DNA of 64,000 nt, taken from contig NIVC01000073.1 in NCBI GenBank assembly GCA_002269645.1, forward strand, positions 248,001-312,000, in the 5' to 3' direction. This document shows, piece by piece, positions 41,866-54,788 of this stretch. Position numbers and translations under genes: made by a program. The notes under the pieces are model-generated. The model saw only the letters and a list, made by a program, of their open reading frames with translations, was not told where the DNA came from and did no database searches. Source of the DNA: Macrostomum lignano. Its lineage: Eukaryota. The number at the start of each line of letters is the position of its first letter. Position 1 is the stretch's first letter.

Positions 41866-42850
41866 TTTTTGTAAATTACTAATTGGAATTGCTTAACAAA
41901 AACTATAATACAGTCTCAATTTGCTGAACGGCTTTGAATGAAGTTTAAATTACGGCTAGTAAATTTATATTCATCCTTAGCTACCTTTGTGACAACTTGA
42001 TTGAAGTCAGTCGTTTCTGCCCGCCCACCTCTTCTCAGAATTTTCGTGTCCTGCTTCCAAGCCAATCCGCATTGCAGAATTAAAGCGTGGGCTTTGACTT
42101 GGCTGCAATTAACGTGAATAATACAGGCAGATGAGAGTTTCCTGCTTTGGCACTGAACGCCGCTTTGAAATGGCCAGAAGTGTTTGTTGCCACAGGAAGT
42201 GGGTCGTTTACAATATGTAGGAGCTGACAGCATGTGTTAACGTGGCTATACTTTTGCAAAATGTGTGAGTTTTAATCTATTAAACTCATCGGACTGCAGT
42301 GTTAATAAATTGGTTGTGTAACTGACCAGTTTGTATAAATAATAATATACTACATGTAGCTTATATTTAAAGTATGATTCTTGTGAAATTTTCAGCTAAT
42401 AAATTCTCGCGTGAACTATCGTTTAAGGATACATTTAAGGATACATGAGCAACATCTTGCATTGGTTGAATTAATGAAAGTTTGAATGATACATGTACAA
42501 ATACATAAGGGTTGTTTAGTGTTGTCCTGTACAAAATTCTATAGGAGGCTGTGCGGTCTTAGGGGGGACTGTCGGGGTGATTGAGGAGGCTGTGGGTGGT
42601 TGTGGAGGCTGTGAGGTGATTGGAGAGTCTTTTATGTGATTGGAGAGGCTGTTCGGTGATAGGGGGACTGTGGGGTGACTGGGGAGGCTGTGGGGTGATA
42701 GAGGGACTGTGGGGTGACTGGGGAGGCTGTGGGGTGAAAGGGGAGACTGTGGTGTAATTGGTGAGACTGTGGGGGGTTAGGGAGGCTATGAGGTGATTGG
42801 AGAGGCTGACGTGGGGTGACTGGAGAGGCTGTGGGGTGACTGGGTGGGGA

Positions 42851-43020
42851 CATGCTTGGGCGCAACCTAGGGATTCACCCGGCCGTTTCTATTGGCAACA
42901 CACACATGTAAGTCGCTAGTGGACGGAATAGTAGTCACGTGACTACTCTCAGCCAATAGCGACTTACATGTGTGTGTTGCCAATAGAAACGGCAGAGTGA
43001 TTCCCAAGGTTGCGCATGTA
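42851..43020. mobile_element. Palindromic MITE-like element, 170 bp, with a candidate 10-bp TSD
   Basis: Perfect 37-bp inverted repeat 42882-42918 / 42957-42993, extended imperfectly outward; central 18-bp palindrome AGTAGTCACGTGACTACT (42930-42947); TGGGTGGGGA flanks both sides (42841-42850 and 43021-43030). Confidence 0.65.
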
Positions 43021-44030
43021 TGGGTGGGGAGGCTGTGGGGGGATTGGAGAGGCTTTTGGGCAGTGCAACAAAGGAGGCTGCATGTGTGGATCAGCCAAAT
43101 TGCATAAGCCTTTGGGTGACTGTTTGTGACAGCCACACACGGATTTACTTTATTAGTTCATAGACCTTATAGATATAGTTTCTATGTGTATCAAATTTTC
43201 AAAATACCTTATTTTATTCATATGTACAGTGCAGTTTTTTTCTGTAGCTACATGTGCATGTATACAGCTGTACATGTGGGGGGGAAGGGGGGAACTTGTC
43301 CCCCCAGTAAAAGCTATGAGGGGATTTGCCAATGCTTCGTTCCTCCACCCTTGTGACCCGTTATCAACCACCAACCCGTTACCTAGTAACCCAACCAAAT
43401 GAACAAGTCAAGGCGTCAGAATCTACATGTAAGCTCTACATTTAATAAATAGCTATCCCCTATCGTACGTATTAATAAACACATGTTAAATTGCATGTAC
43501 AGTCACAAATGTCAGTATTTTTCTTTACGAAGATATTGGTTGTCCATTAGACTTTGAAAAAATCTTCGATGACTAAGTACTAAAGCTGAAATTATCAAGA
43601 TAACAAAGGCTGCAAATATTTACTCTGAGGCTAAGCTGAGCTAAAATATCATATACATCATACATGTAATATTATGATCTTCATATACATCGTTGTACAT
43701 TCTCGGGTTCATTTTTAAATCACCTTAAAATATAAAACAAAGTTTTACAAAACAATTGTATTATTTCCTTCTGAAGGCTACAATAAGGAACCCAAAGTTT
43801 CAAGAGCTTAAAATAATGTTTCTGTTTTAATTTATTCATGAAATTTTCACAACACTAAAGCCTGTCCACTAGCGTTTTGCCAGCTCTAATGACCCTTCAT
43901 AGGGATTCAATTTGTAATTTTAATTGTCTATTAAATTAACTTTAATAGCCTAAGTCCAATCTGCGTATTTTAGATAATTATTGCGTAGTCACATAATTTT
44001 TCGTGCTATAAGAAACGTACGTCTCTAACA

Positions 44031-46151
44031 ATGGAACTTATTAATTTTTCTTTTGGAGTCATTCTGATAAGCTTAGTCCTATTTGCACCCATGGTCATGT
44101 GTAAAATGGAAGAAAGTGACGTCAGTCCAGATGAGCTTCCAGAGGGAATGGACCCAACAAATGTGCCACCCGGACTAAAGAAATTTTCTTTCAAGACACC
44201 GCAACTGTCAGAAGAAGAGCAGGAGTCACTTTTCTTTCCCCAGTCTTTGAAATGTGATGGCTGCATAGCCGTTTCTTATCAAGTAAGACCCAGTCTGATG
44301 CTGTCACTACTTGTTTAATTTTTTTTTGTCTCGAAATTAGTATCTATTATCATGATTTGAGACAGAAATTTTAATTTGTTTTTTGCTTAAATCATATTGC
44401 CTCTTACATTTTCCATATATTCTAATAATTATTGATATTATACTTATAGCATGCTAAAATCAGTATTTTATAATGATAAAGAGATAGTATAATTAAGGAT
44501 CTAAGAGATTACATATTGAAATATTGTAAATGTATTTTTAATATAGAGATATTATTTGTATAGAACCATATTAGTCAGAAATAAATTCATATTTTAACCT
44601 TTGTTCTCCTTATACAACTTGACCTATCTTATAACTATAAGAAATAGCAAATAAAAACAAATTATAGATGTTTATTTAGGATATGCTAGGTCAGATACTT
44701 AAATTAAAATAAAGAATGTTCAGTTTGATGTTAACTCAATCTAATTGCTTCAATAAATTCTTTTAGTTTTAATAACAAATACTTCTAACTGCTAGTTTCA
44801 ATTTGATTAGGTCATTAATTTTCAATTCATTCAATTGCCTTATTCATCTCACTCATAACACCCCTGCAGATCTACACAAAGTTCTTCAACCTATATGAAA
44901 AATACAAGGCCAAATCACAGGGCAGAGTAAAAGAGTCGGATTTACTAGACGCTTTTGAAGGAGTTTGCAGTGCCAAGAATGATGAGTGAGTTTCTGTTTG
45001 CATATAAGTGAAAACACTTTGATTTTTTGTTTGTCACCTTGATATCAAAATGAAAAAATCCTTAACTCACAATGTTGACTTTCAGCTATGCTGTAAAGGA
45101 GGTAGGCGGCTCTCTGAGAATGGTTGGTCCAGGCCTGAATCTGAGACAGGATGAGCCTGGCATCATTCAGGGTGGTGGAAAAATGCCTGCCAGGTAAGAT
45201 TAACGAGTTCGATCTTCATATCCAGACTGGCGCCTCTTGGGTGCTGACGCCCCTGTGCTGGCGCCCTTTAGTGTACATTGGCTCTGAATTTCTCATTGTC
45301 ACGCATGTACACTTGGTCATTGGTCAGGTGTACAACTGTACATCAAGTCTGATTTTCTCATGTCAGGCATGTACACATCGTCATTGGTCAGGTGTACATC
45401 AAGTCTGACTTTCTCATGTCAGGCATGTACACATCGTCATTGGTCAGGTTGAACATCAAGTCTGATTTTCTCATTGTCAGGCATGTACACTTGGTCAGGT
45501 TGAACATCAAGTCTGATTTTCTCATTGTCAGGCATGTACACTTGGTCAGGTTGAACATCAAGTCTGATTTTCTCATTGTCAGGCATGTACACTTGGTCAG
45601 GTTGTACATCAAGTCTGACTTTCTCATTGTCAGGCATGTACACTTGGTCATTGGTCAGGTTGTACATCAAGTCTGACTTTCTCATTGTCAAGCATGTACA
45701 CTTGGTCATGTGTACATCAAGTTTGACTTTCTCATTGTCAGGCATGTACAATTGGTCATTGGTCAGGTGTACATCAAGTCTGACTTTCTCATTGTCAGGC
45801 ATTTTGACGTAGAAATCGCAAAGTCGAAATTTCACGTCGCCGAACACAGTAAACTTCATAATCTTGAAAGATCACGTGACGCTCTTAGGAAATCAATTGC
45901 TGAATACGGCAAATTGAACTACAAGTATAGCTGAGCTATGAGTTTAATTAACATTTTCCTTCCTCAGAATGCGGAACCTGTGCCACCAATTCCGAGGCGA
46001 AATTGGTGAAGAGGAACTTTACGAAGAGTTTCTAAAGCACCCGACAAGCCGACAGAAGCTTGAAGACTTTCTCTGCCGGAACAATGGGCAGCAGCTTACT
46101 GGCAACTGTCTGACCGTTGGTCAGAACGATCGGAAAAAGTCCGAGCTGTAA
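44031..46151 (+). CDS. MZB1: MZB1/pERp1-like ER luminal protein (canopy/saposin-like family), 219 aa
   Basis: Four phase-consistent exons: 44031-44282, 44870-44985, 45086-45193, 45968-46151. Signal peptide; TPQLSEEE...FPQSLKCDGCIAVSYQ, DYAVKEV...RMVGPGL, GGKMPARMRNLC...EIGEEELY...LEDFLC parallel the MZB1 motifs recalled from memory (APQLDDEE, LRCDACRAVAYQ, DYGVREV, RLTGPGL, GEFGEDQIY). Six Cys; C-terminal KSEL. Confidence 0.85.
45265..45800. repeat. Intronic minisatellite, about 51-bp unit (MZB1-like intron 3)
   Basis: 17-residue repeat in the artefact ORFs; direct reading. Confidence 0.9.
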
Positions 46152-49129
46152 AACGTGCATAAAAAGTTTAATTTTAAAACGCGGAAATACAAATTTGCTT
46201 TTAAACAGAAGGCATTCATCAGCTGTGCAGGTCAATAGAAAGTTACTTAGCGAGAGATATTGTCACTCAAACTTGCAATATTCCGTCTTTTTTGTTATCT
46301 CCAAGCAAAAGTGCAATAGTTCATTCGATTCTTAGATGTCCTTTGACTTCATTTTACAATTTTTTTATTTAGCCACAGCATAGCTCGTAGCGTTTCCTTT
46401 TATTTGGAATCTCTTTATTATTGGTGTATTTAAAGTTTTTGTTTAAATGTTGCTAAATAGTCTCATTGTATTTAAGTTGTTGAAAATTTACTCCTTGTTT
46501 ATTACGGTTGTATTTCTAGTTATTTTTGTGTCTTGAACTTTTATTTGTTTCTGTTACGCGGCTTTTTGTATGGTCTTTTTGCCTTATTCTTCTTTTATTT
46601 GTTCTTACGCGTCTCTTAATACCGAGTAACTAAAGCAATTACCGTGTCACACTATAATCTGAGATGGAGCAAACTCTCTTTTGTCAATCAGAAAAATCTT
46701 TTTTCATTTTCTAGCTGCTGTGTATTCTGCTTTTTATTTGAGCTAAATATAGCAGCTTTTGATTGATTTTTTTCAAGCGCCTAAAGACGTAATTAAATAA
46801 ATTAAAAAGTATTGGTAACATTCCCTCTAGGCTGTCACTGTATTTCCATATGCATACCAACGACTTAATATCCTTCTATAGTGCCAATTGTTTTTCAAAA
46901 GCTTGAGCCAATTAAAATAATAAATCAAAATGCTTACTAGCTACCTGTTTCCCTCGACACTATCCGTGATTAAATTTGCGCAGCACGAGGCCTTTATTGT
47001 CTTGATTTTTTTATCCAGTTGCCTCTTTAAGAAAAGTCAATAGCTGCATTGCCAATATCATAATTCATAGGATTTGCTAGTTTAAACCCAATCCGTATAT
47101 ACTGTCGAAACAAGTACAATATGTTAAAAATAAAAAAATATATATAGCTATTATCTTTATAGACTGTCACGTTGTCACTGCAAAGTGCTAACGCAAAGTT
47201 ATTAGTTGTTGACTAGGTGTTATAATAATATGATTTTCAATTTACATGCTACTACTATTTATGTTTTAACGTAAATGCTACATTTTAACAATATTGCTAT
47301 TAAAGTGTAGGCTTTGCGCTTGGGTGGTTTGTTAGCGGTCTTCAGTATCCCACCGCTGCCACCAGTGAAGTACATAGCTTTAGCTTCCAAATTTACAGGC
47401 ACTCAAGTTCTACCTGAAGTCTCGCGCCTCTTCTTGTAAGCCTTGTCGTAGCGTAGGTAGTTTGCTGTCATCAGTTGTTTCAGGTCTCGGCCTTCGATGA
47501 GGTGAACTTATCGTCGGAACGAAATAAACAAATCAAACGAATTCACCACAGCGGGCAGATTTGAAGACTTAACGAACAAGGCGTCTGGTCAGCAGATCCC
47601 ATCATCGGGCTCAGTGGGTGGTTAGGAAGGCGGTTTTAGCCTCCTTTAGGCTTGGGAGTCTGGTTCAGTCAGGCAATTACAGACGGCCAAAACAGGGTAG
47701 CAGAAGAACAGAAAGCTAAGAAACTGAAACTCCTTGACGGAAACAAGGGTGAGGGGGCCGGTACGTATAGGCTGGAAATACCTATTGCGTCAAAGTGCCG
47801 GTGAGCGCAAGACGGCGTGACTCAGATCTATTTTTAAAACTGACGTCACCAGCTCCGATCTCATAAAAGGCAGGGGATCCTCGGGTAGTGTGCGCCAGAT
47901 CGCGTGACTCAGTATCTATTTTTAGAACTGACGTCATCTCCCGACTTAGAGAAAGCCGGAGTTCTGGAATACGTGATTCCCCAGCGAGCGAGCGCAGTAA
48001 ATTAAATATGCTTATTGCACTTTAGACTCCAGGAAAATATGGCTTGTCATGTGAATTGCTTACGTAAAAAGGAAAAACAGGCCACAAACCGTGACCTCAA
48101 GACTGGAGCGAAACGAAAAGCAGACCACAGCAGAGAAGAGGGGGCGACAGAGAACAGGCAGAAAAAAGGAGGGAGGCTGCCCAGTGGCAGACAGCAACCC
48201 AGGGCGAGGGCAAGGGCAAGAAAAACTGATGACAACAGTGCGACGCCTAACACTAAACTACCTTATTTAAATGAATGAGACGTAAAGGCGGCCTTGGTTC
48301 TTGGTTCACTAATTTTGTTTAACAGCTAGTTTTTCGTATGGAAGAGGTAGGCTTGAGTACACAGTTCCGGGTGCCTTTTATTTATAGATAAGTTTTATAG
48401 AAAATTCTAGAGTTTTGGGAATTTTCCGGAAACAGGGAGTTCAAATTACCTAAAATAGAATGTTGTTCACATGGAAATTCTGAAAGGCTGCATGGATACG
48501 ATGCGTCTATGTAATTTGCCACACGTTCTTAATGCAGCTCTCTTAATGTAGTTCTCTTTAGTTCCGTCATTTAAGTTAGTATTAAATCTTTGATCCAAAT
48601 CCTTGGCACTCAATGAGAGCGAAATTTTCGCCACGGAAGGTCAAATTAGCTGTATAATACAAATGTACGTTGTATACACGTACTTTTTAAAGCGAACTGA
48701 AGTGCAAATTGTAGTTAAAATAAATGAACTTTAAAAGTTCCTTCAAGTATTTTTACGCCGAATTTTGTTCGAATAGCAGCGGGACAATTTTAATTAAATG
48801 TGATAACAATTAAAGCAAAGCAGAAAGTTTTATATTTCAAACAATTAGTTGTTGTGAAATGAGACATTTGAGCGGACTAAATGTGTCTTCTGCAAACATG
48901 AATTATATCTAAAGAATGCATTATTATTAAATTTAACTAATTTTTAAGAGTCGCTTGCAACAAACATCGATTCTAGAAGAAACATTAAAAGACAGAACAC
49001 CCCAATTCGTCCTTAAAACTGATCACGTACAAAAGCAAGAGCGTTAAGACTTATAAGAGCTAAGTTAAGCTAGCATCCTTGTTCCATCACCAATCAGATT
49101 CAGCATCGATCAAGCAACATGCAGCAAAT

Positions 49130-50961
49130 CTATCCGTGCATCCGGCTTCGCAGCGGGTTTATACCGGTAGGAAACAGGTGGCCTCCGTGCTCAGCACCCA
49201 CTGGTCCAATGATAATCGACTATTTGGCTGAAACAGCAGGTACAAGTACTTGAGCGTCTCGGCCAGGAGAACGACTGTTGCGTGTTGTCGAGATCGTTTT
49301 GTTCGACAGGATTTTGTGGACACCGCTGAAGCCGGTTGGAGTTCTCGTGCTGGCGTTGATGGCAAGCAGGATTTTCTTTCCCCAATATCGGTACTTTTTG
49401 TGCCCAGTGACGTAGTGCAGGTAGTAGATGGACTCGATAGTCTCCGGTCTCAATATGTAGAAGTCCCTGTCCGGATCGGCTTCGAACTTTCTCGACGTGG
49501 CATTGTACTTGAAAATCTCCGGACCCAAGCCGATTTGGAGAATGGAAATACGACAGATAGCATGTGTGAGTGATTCTCTCTGCAAATCTAAGCCAGTCAG
49601 TGCGATGCGGGTTCATCATGTAGGCGAGCGCGTAGGTGCCGCCCAAGAAGCAGGTCAGGTGCTCCATAGTGCAAGTCGCGTTGAGCTGCTGCTTTGCGTT
49701 GCAAGGCTTCTTTACGTTGACGACGCACAAGAGGTCAGACACTGGACTGACTTGTACAGTCATGCACTTCATGATGCTATCGAGAGCTGCTGTATAGTCT
49801 CTGGTGCATTTCGGGTCTGGGTTCTTGCTGTACAGACACTTTTTGACCAGGTACTCGTAGAATGAGTCACCCCCACCGCCGGCTGAGTAAACAGGATCCG
49901 GAGTCAAAGGCATGCCTTCTGGGGTCATCTCCATCGGGTACAGTCCTTGTACATTCGGTGCCTTCATCAGGAGCTCATGGTTCCTTGTCACCCACTGCTC
50001 ATACTTCTTGTCACCAGTTATATGGGACAGATAGACGAACTCCAGGTACAACGTTCCTGAATCAGCCAGCAAAGTCCCTTCTTTATCGACAGTCAAATTT
50101 CTTGCCTCGGAAGGTCTTTTTTCCAAAGCAACAAACGATTACGATTCAAAGAATCCGGTTTGCTGAAAGACTCAGCCAGCCTGTCAGCAACTGCCATCGC
50201 CTCAGCTAACAATCTTGAGTCTTGAGTAAAGCTGTACGCACCGAGGTAGCCGCCGAGCAGTCGGATGCAGGTCTCGAACACGCTCACAGTGACGTTCGAC
50301 AAGGCTGCTCGCTTACCTCCCGTCACCATCTGGCGGGCCTCCTCGAACTCCTCGTGCATTTCCATCAGAGCGAAAGTGTCAAGCGCGTCCACGGCTGTCA
50401 CCAGCTGGCGAGGTCCGAGAAGGACGTCGGGCACCGGGGAGCAGGCCCGCTTGATGGGATCGAGGTCGTTGCCCGTGTAGGGACGGGCGCAATATTTGAC
50501 GTAATTGCGCCAGGCGAACCTGCATTCGACAGGACCGCTGGGCTAGAAACTGAATCTTAGCTATTAGTTCTCAAAGCAACTTGTAGAAATAATCGGTATA
50601 AATTACACATTATCTACTGTAAGATTTACATGATAGAATTAATCATTTTGATTACAGCCGGATTTCAAAGCTGGAAATTTAAACTTTAATTCAGTTCATC
50701 ATCAGAATATTAGAAAATTAGCTGTTTCAGTTTAAATACCTGGTCATTTCCTTCACTGCCACAGTCATCTCAGCTTCATTGATGTCGATCAGCTTTAAAT
50801 CGGTCGCGCATCGTCTGGATCAGTGGGCCAATACCAATTATCATGTAGCGTTGATGCATGTACAGGTATGGCATGAGGATCAGAAGGCATATCGCAGGTA
50901 ACACGATTTTTGTGTGACGAAATAAATATGGGTAACCTCTGGACGTTGGCTGTTGAAGCAT
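49130..50961 (-). pseudogene. GH47 class I alpha-1,2-mannosidase, copy A; frameshifted (pseudogene or assembly errors)
   Basis: Exon 1 about 50961-50740 and exon 2 50519-49130. Near-identical to copy B over most of exon 2, but with indels near 49181, 49268, 49291, 49535 and about 50105-50125, plus at least one in exon 1. Confidence 0.8.
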
Positions 50962-52059
50962 TGTTCTGGAAGGTAACAAATAGTAATAGCGGTCTTGAAT
51001 TGCATCCGAACTCATGCTTTTGCACAGAAATACACCTGCATGTGCTGCGGCACACTTTAGTGCATAGAATTTTGCCTCCTTTTTATGGGCACAGAACAGT
51101 ATGACACTTACATGCAGCCTCGTGACGTGATACAGTTCGTTTAGTTACCTAACGCTTCAGCCTAATTTGAGAAGACGGCTAGCTAAAGTTCGCAGTCCAG
51201 AGAGAGAAGCAATTCTAGCTCACTTATTCGTTTCTGCTCAAAAGAAAATTTCTTAGACTTGCTTTTTCGCATTCCTACTCGGTTGCATTGAGCTGCGCTG
51301 TGGAGTCCGAAGCCTTTCTTTGAAGCAGAATTGTACACCTTCGTATAATCGTAGGGCATAGCGTTCGTAATTGTGGCAGGAATGTATAACGTGGGTTAAA
51401 TAAGCATGTCCAACGCGCACGCCAACCACAAAGGGAGAGTAAATTTATTTGGCCAAAGCTTTCATCCACTTACTAAAATCCATTTCTATGAGATAAAAAG
51501 TAGTTTCATACACGCTTATAGCTAGACTGCTATGGAGTCCATTTCAGAATGTGAATAGCAAAGAAAAGACAGTTACGAATATGGAGCCCACTCCAAAACA
51601 TTTCGTCTCCAACAATGCTCTCCGTGCGCCAAAGGAACTAGTTTAGATTTTACGACCATTGCATTGTGTGGTACAGCATATATTTATATGTAAATGTGAT
51701 AAATATCATTAAATTGTGGGTTGGTACACTTTTAGGTTGTCGACCTATCTAGCGGGTCTATAAGCCGATTTCTGACAAGAACAGCACTACTGCATATGTC
51801 AATGACTGACGACTGAGTTGATGGAGCAGTCGAAACTGTCTTCCCATTGACTTTGGAACCAGGACCACAGGTTTGCATCAGAATGTAAAACTCGGATTCT
51901 ATGGAAAAATATAATTTAAAGGCTCAATTTCGGTTGGCAGTGCAATAGCAAGATAGAACTTTACAGAAACGGATCCTTTTGCAAAATGCACTGCATTAAA
52001 TAGGCCGCGTACCACAAAAACCATGAGTGCATTTGTGCCTTGAATATTGTTCGATTTTA

Positions 52060-52440
52060 TGGGGATCCTGCCATCTTACCTTACTGGACCGTGTCAAGCA
52101 GAAGGCTGCCAGGATCATTGGTGACTCCTTCAAGGTTCCGTATAGCCTTTGAGACTCGCAGAACTGTTGGTGGACTTGCATTTGTTCACAGACTTCTGCG
52201 GGGTCAAGGCTCCAGTGAGCTTCAGCAGCTCCTCCCTCATTTTGCTCGAGTCACACCATGGTCTCTGTTCCAACAGCAAACAGCACTGCTTTTAATTTAA
52301 TCTTCTTTTCTCAGAGCAACAGAAGAGGTGTTTCATTTCCACTTACTGTATATTATGGAATGGCCTACCTGCAGCATTAGCTAATCCTGGCATCAAGCCG
52401 TCTATTTTTCAAAAGCCAGGCATCTCAAAGACCCCCTTGA
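52060..52440 (+). mobile_element. 5'-truncated, degenerate LINE reverse-transcriptase C-terminal remnant
   Basis: Fragments LDRVKQKAARIIG, ETRRTVGGLAFVHRLL and FISTYCILWNGLP in shifting frames, resembling the post-RT tail of CR1/Jockey-like LINEs. Clade not determined. Confidence 0.55.
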
Positions 52441-54788
52441 TCAGTTTTTTATGCTTCTCTTTTCCTTTGTTTTGTTCTCCCATCCTCTTCCTTTATCTTT
52501 TTTCACTTCCTTTCCCCTTCACCTCTTCGACCATTGGGCACCATTCCTTCTATTGGTTTTTGACCACTCTCATGGTTACTTGTATATAACAACAATAATG
52601 ATAATAATTAGAATAAAAAACCAGACAAAAAATGCACTAGAGATTAGACAGAAGTGATTTTGGTCCAATTTCGAAATTGTAAACTTCTGAATTAGCCACC
52701 TCGAACCAAGCACAATGGTTTGGTTCGGTGTCAGCTTCATGTGATCGTTGTATTGTCCCAATGGCGTTTAAGATGCAGCTTATTGTGGTCCTTGCTGTGG
52801 ACCGTACTGGTACTGTAAGGCCCTGGAGCTGGTAACAAAAAACAAACTATACATGTAACCGCTAATGACATTTTTGAGTTGCATGGAAATCTAAACGAGC
52901 TATGGGTATGTGCCGTAAATTCAAGGCACAGACAGAGAATAAGAGTCGCCCAAGTGATTTTCAAACACCTGATAAGTTGACAGACACGGGAATCGAGACA
53001 ATGACCACTCAAAAACCTCTGAGACATCGAATAGTACTGTATGTTATATGTGCGAAAAATGAACGTCACACTCATGGCTGGTGTAAACGTTGTCTCTGAA
53101 GCATTCATACACGAAGCTACTTATTAATCACCTCTTATTCCGCCAAATCGCGCGTTTCGCCGAAAAGCATTAAAAAATATATTTTACAATACTCTGCTTC
53201 ATGGCTTGTCAAGCAGTGAGTCGCTCTTGTTGAACGTATAATAGGGATTATTCGTAGATGTAGTGTAGACGCCATGCAAAAATACGTTTGACTCTATGCA
53301 ATGCACATTACGAACAACTTACTGCGAGCTTCAGATATACTTAAGTTGTACATTACGAGTACATCGTGTTAGAAATACAAATAGCAAATAGTATCACAGA
53401 TGCATGCAGACATTTTGGAAAACAACGATCAGAAAGTCGTTAATGCTGATGTTTTGGAAGTCATCTGGAATTATTTTAAAACGCGGTTTGAGCTGCATGC
53501 TTCAATCATAAATAAGTATGTAATTCATAAATAATTTATTTGTCTCCTGGCTTCCTGGGTCAGCTGGGCCGACAAGTGTATTGTAGTGACCTTCGCGAAA
53601 GTTCGATGCATTTGAATTATTTAATTTCTAGAAATTTCTCTCACAGTAACTAATTTCAATACTCGCAGTTATAATTATTCAATGTATAATTTATTACAGT
53701 AAAGCAGTACTACAATTAATGCAAAACTAATAGGAATCAATAATTAATATTTGTTTTGTTATAATACTTAGAATTTTCTAGAAGTTTCCGGCGATGCTCC
53801 TGATGGCTATAAATATACGGTGCCCACAGCGGATAATCTTTACTTCCTTACTTCTTCTCCTTACTTCTCACTCCGCTGTCAGCTTTTAACCAGATATAAT
53901 GAGAACCACCGCCTATCTCTTTCCCTTTCTTTAATTTACATTAAATCCTCACAGTATGATGTGTATCGCATTGAATGGGAAAGCTGAATGTATGGGAAAA
54001 GCAGAATAAAGTTTGAGGTGTTTTTTCGTCTGTTTGCCGCGCTTTTTCTGTCTGCCTGCCGAGATGTGACTTAAATGGACTAAAAGTTTTCACTCGTCAA
54101 AAGCGCTTTATGACTCTGTATTTACTTTTTATTCCATGAGAGATATTAGGAAAAGATCATTACCTAAGGCCAACAATTTTTTCCAGGAATCAGTAGCGCC
54201 AGCGCTTTCTCACCCAGGGAGTCTAACAATCGCATTAAATTTTCCTGAAGGTTTGGAATTGTGTCTTTATTTGCATTTATAAAGAAAAATAAAGCTGTGT
54301 ATTTTTCCTTTATATTTGAGCATACAGCGCACAAAATGTTTCCCAACAGAGTAAAATCAAAAAACGCTATATTTTATTCAAACCACGTATTTATTGATCA
54401 AAATAATTGACCTTTTCAGTGTCAAAAAATTCGGGTTTTCGTTTGGGGTTCGTGGTAGGGGTTACCGTCCCACCTAATTGCCGTCCTAAGGTGTCCCAGA
54501 ACACAACAAAATTGAAAAGAAGGGCGTTTTTGAAACGAACTCCTTTAGTTCGTTGAACGATCTAATGTGAAAAGAAAGCTAAATCTAGTTTCATTTAAAG
54601 AGGTAAATTTTTCTTTCAATAAAAAACCCTTACTTCCTTTTTTTAATTACAGCAATCATACGAATTTTTCTTATAAATCACCAATTAAAATTAAATTGCT
54701 ATATTAAGTATAGCACGTCGAAGTTAAGCAAGCATCATTGTTCCATCACCAATCAGATTCAGCATCGATCAAGCAACATGCAGCAAAT

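Noticed and set aside
52690-53108. Hydrophobic ORF vaguely like a mannosidase exon 1, with a phase-2 donor nearby
   Set aside because: Similarity is marginal and a frameshift would be needed; not supportable without alignment.
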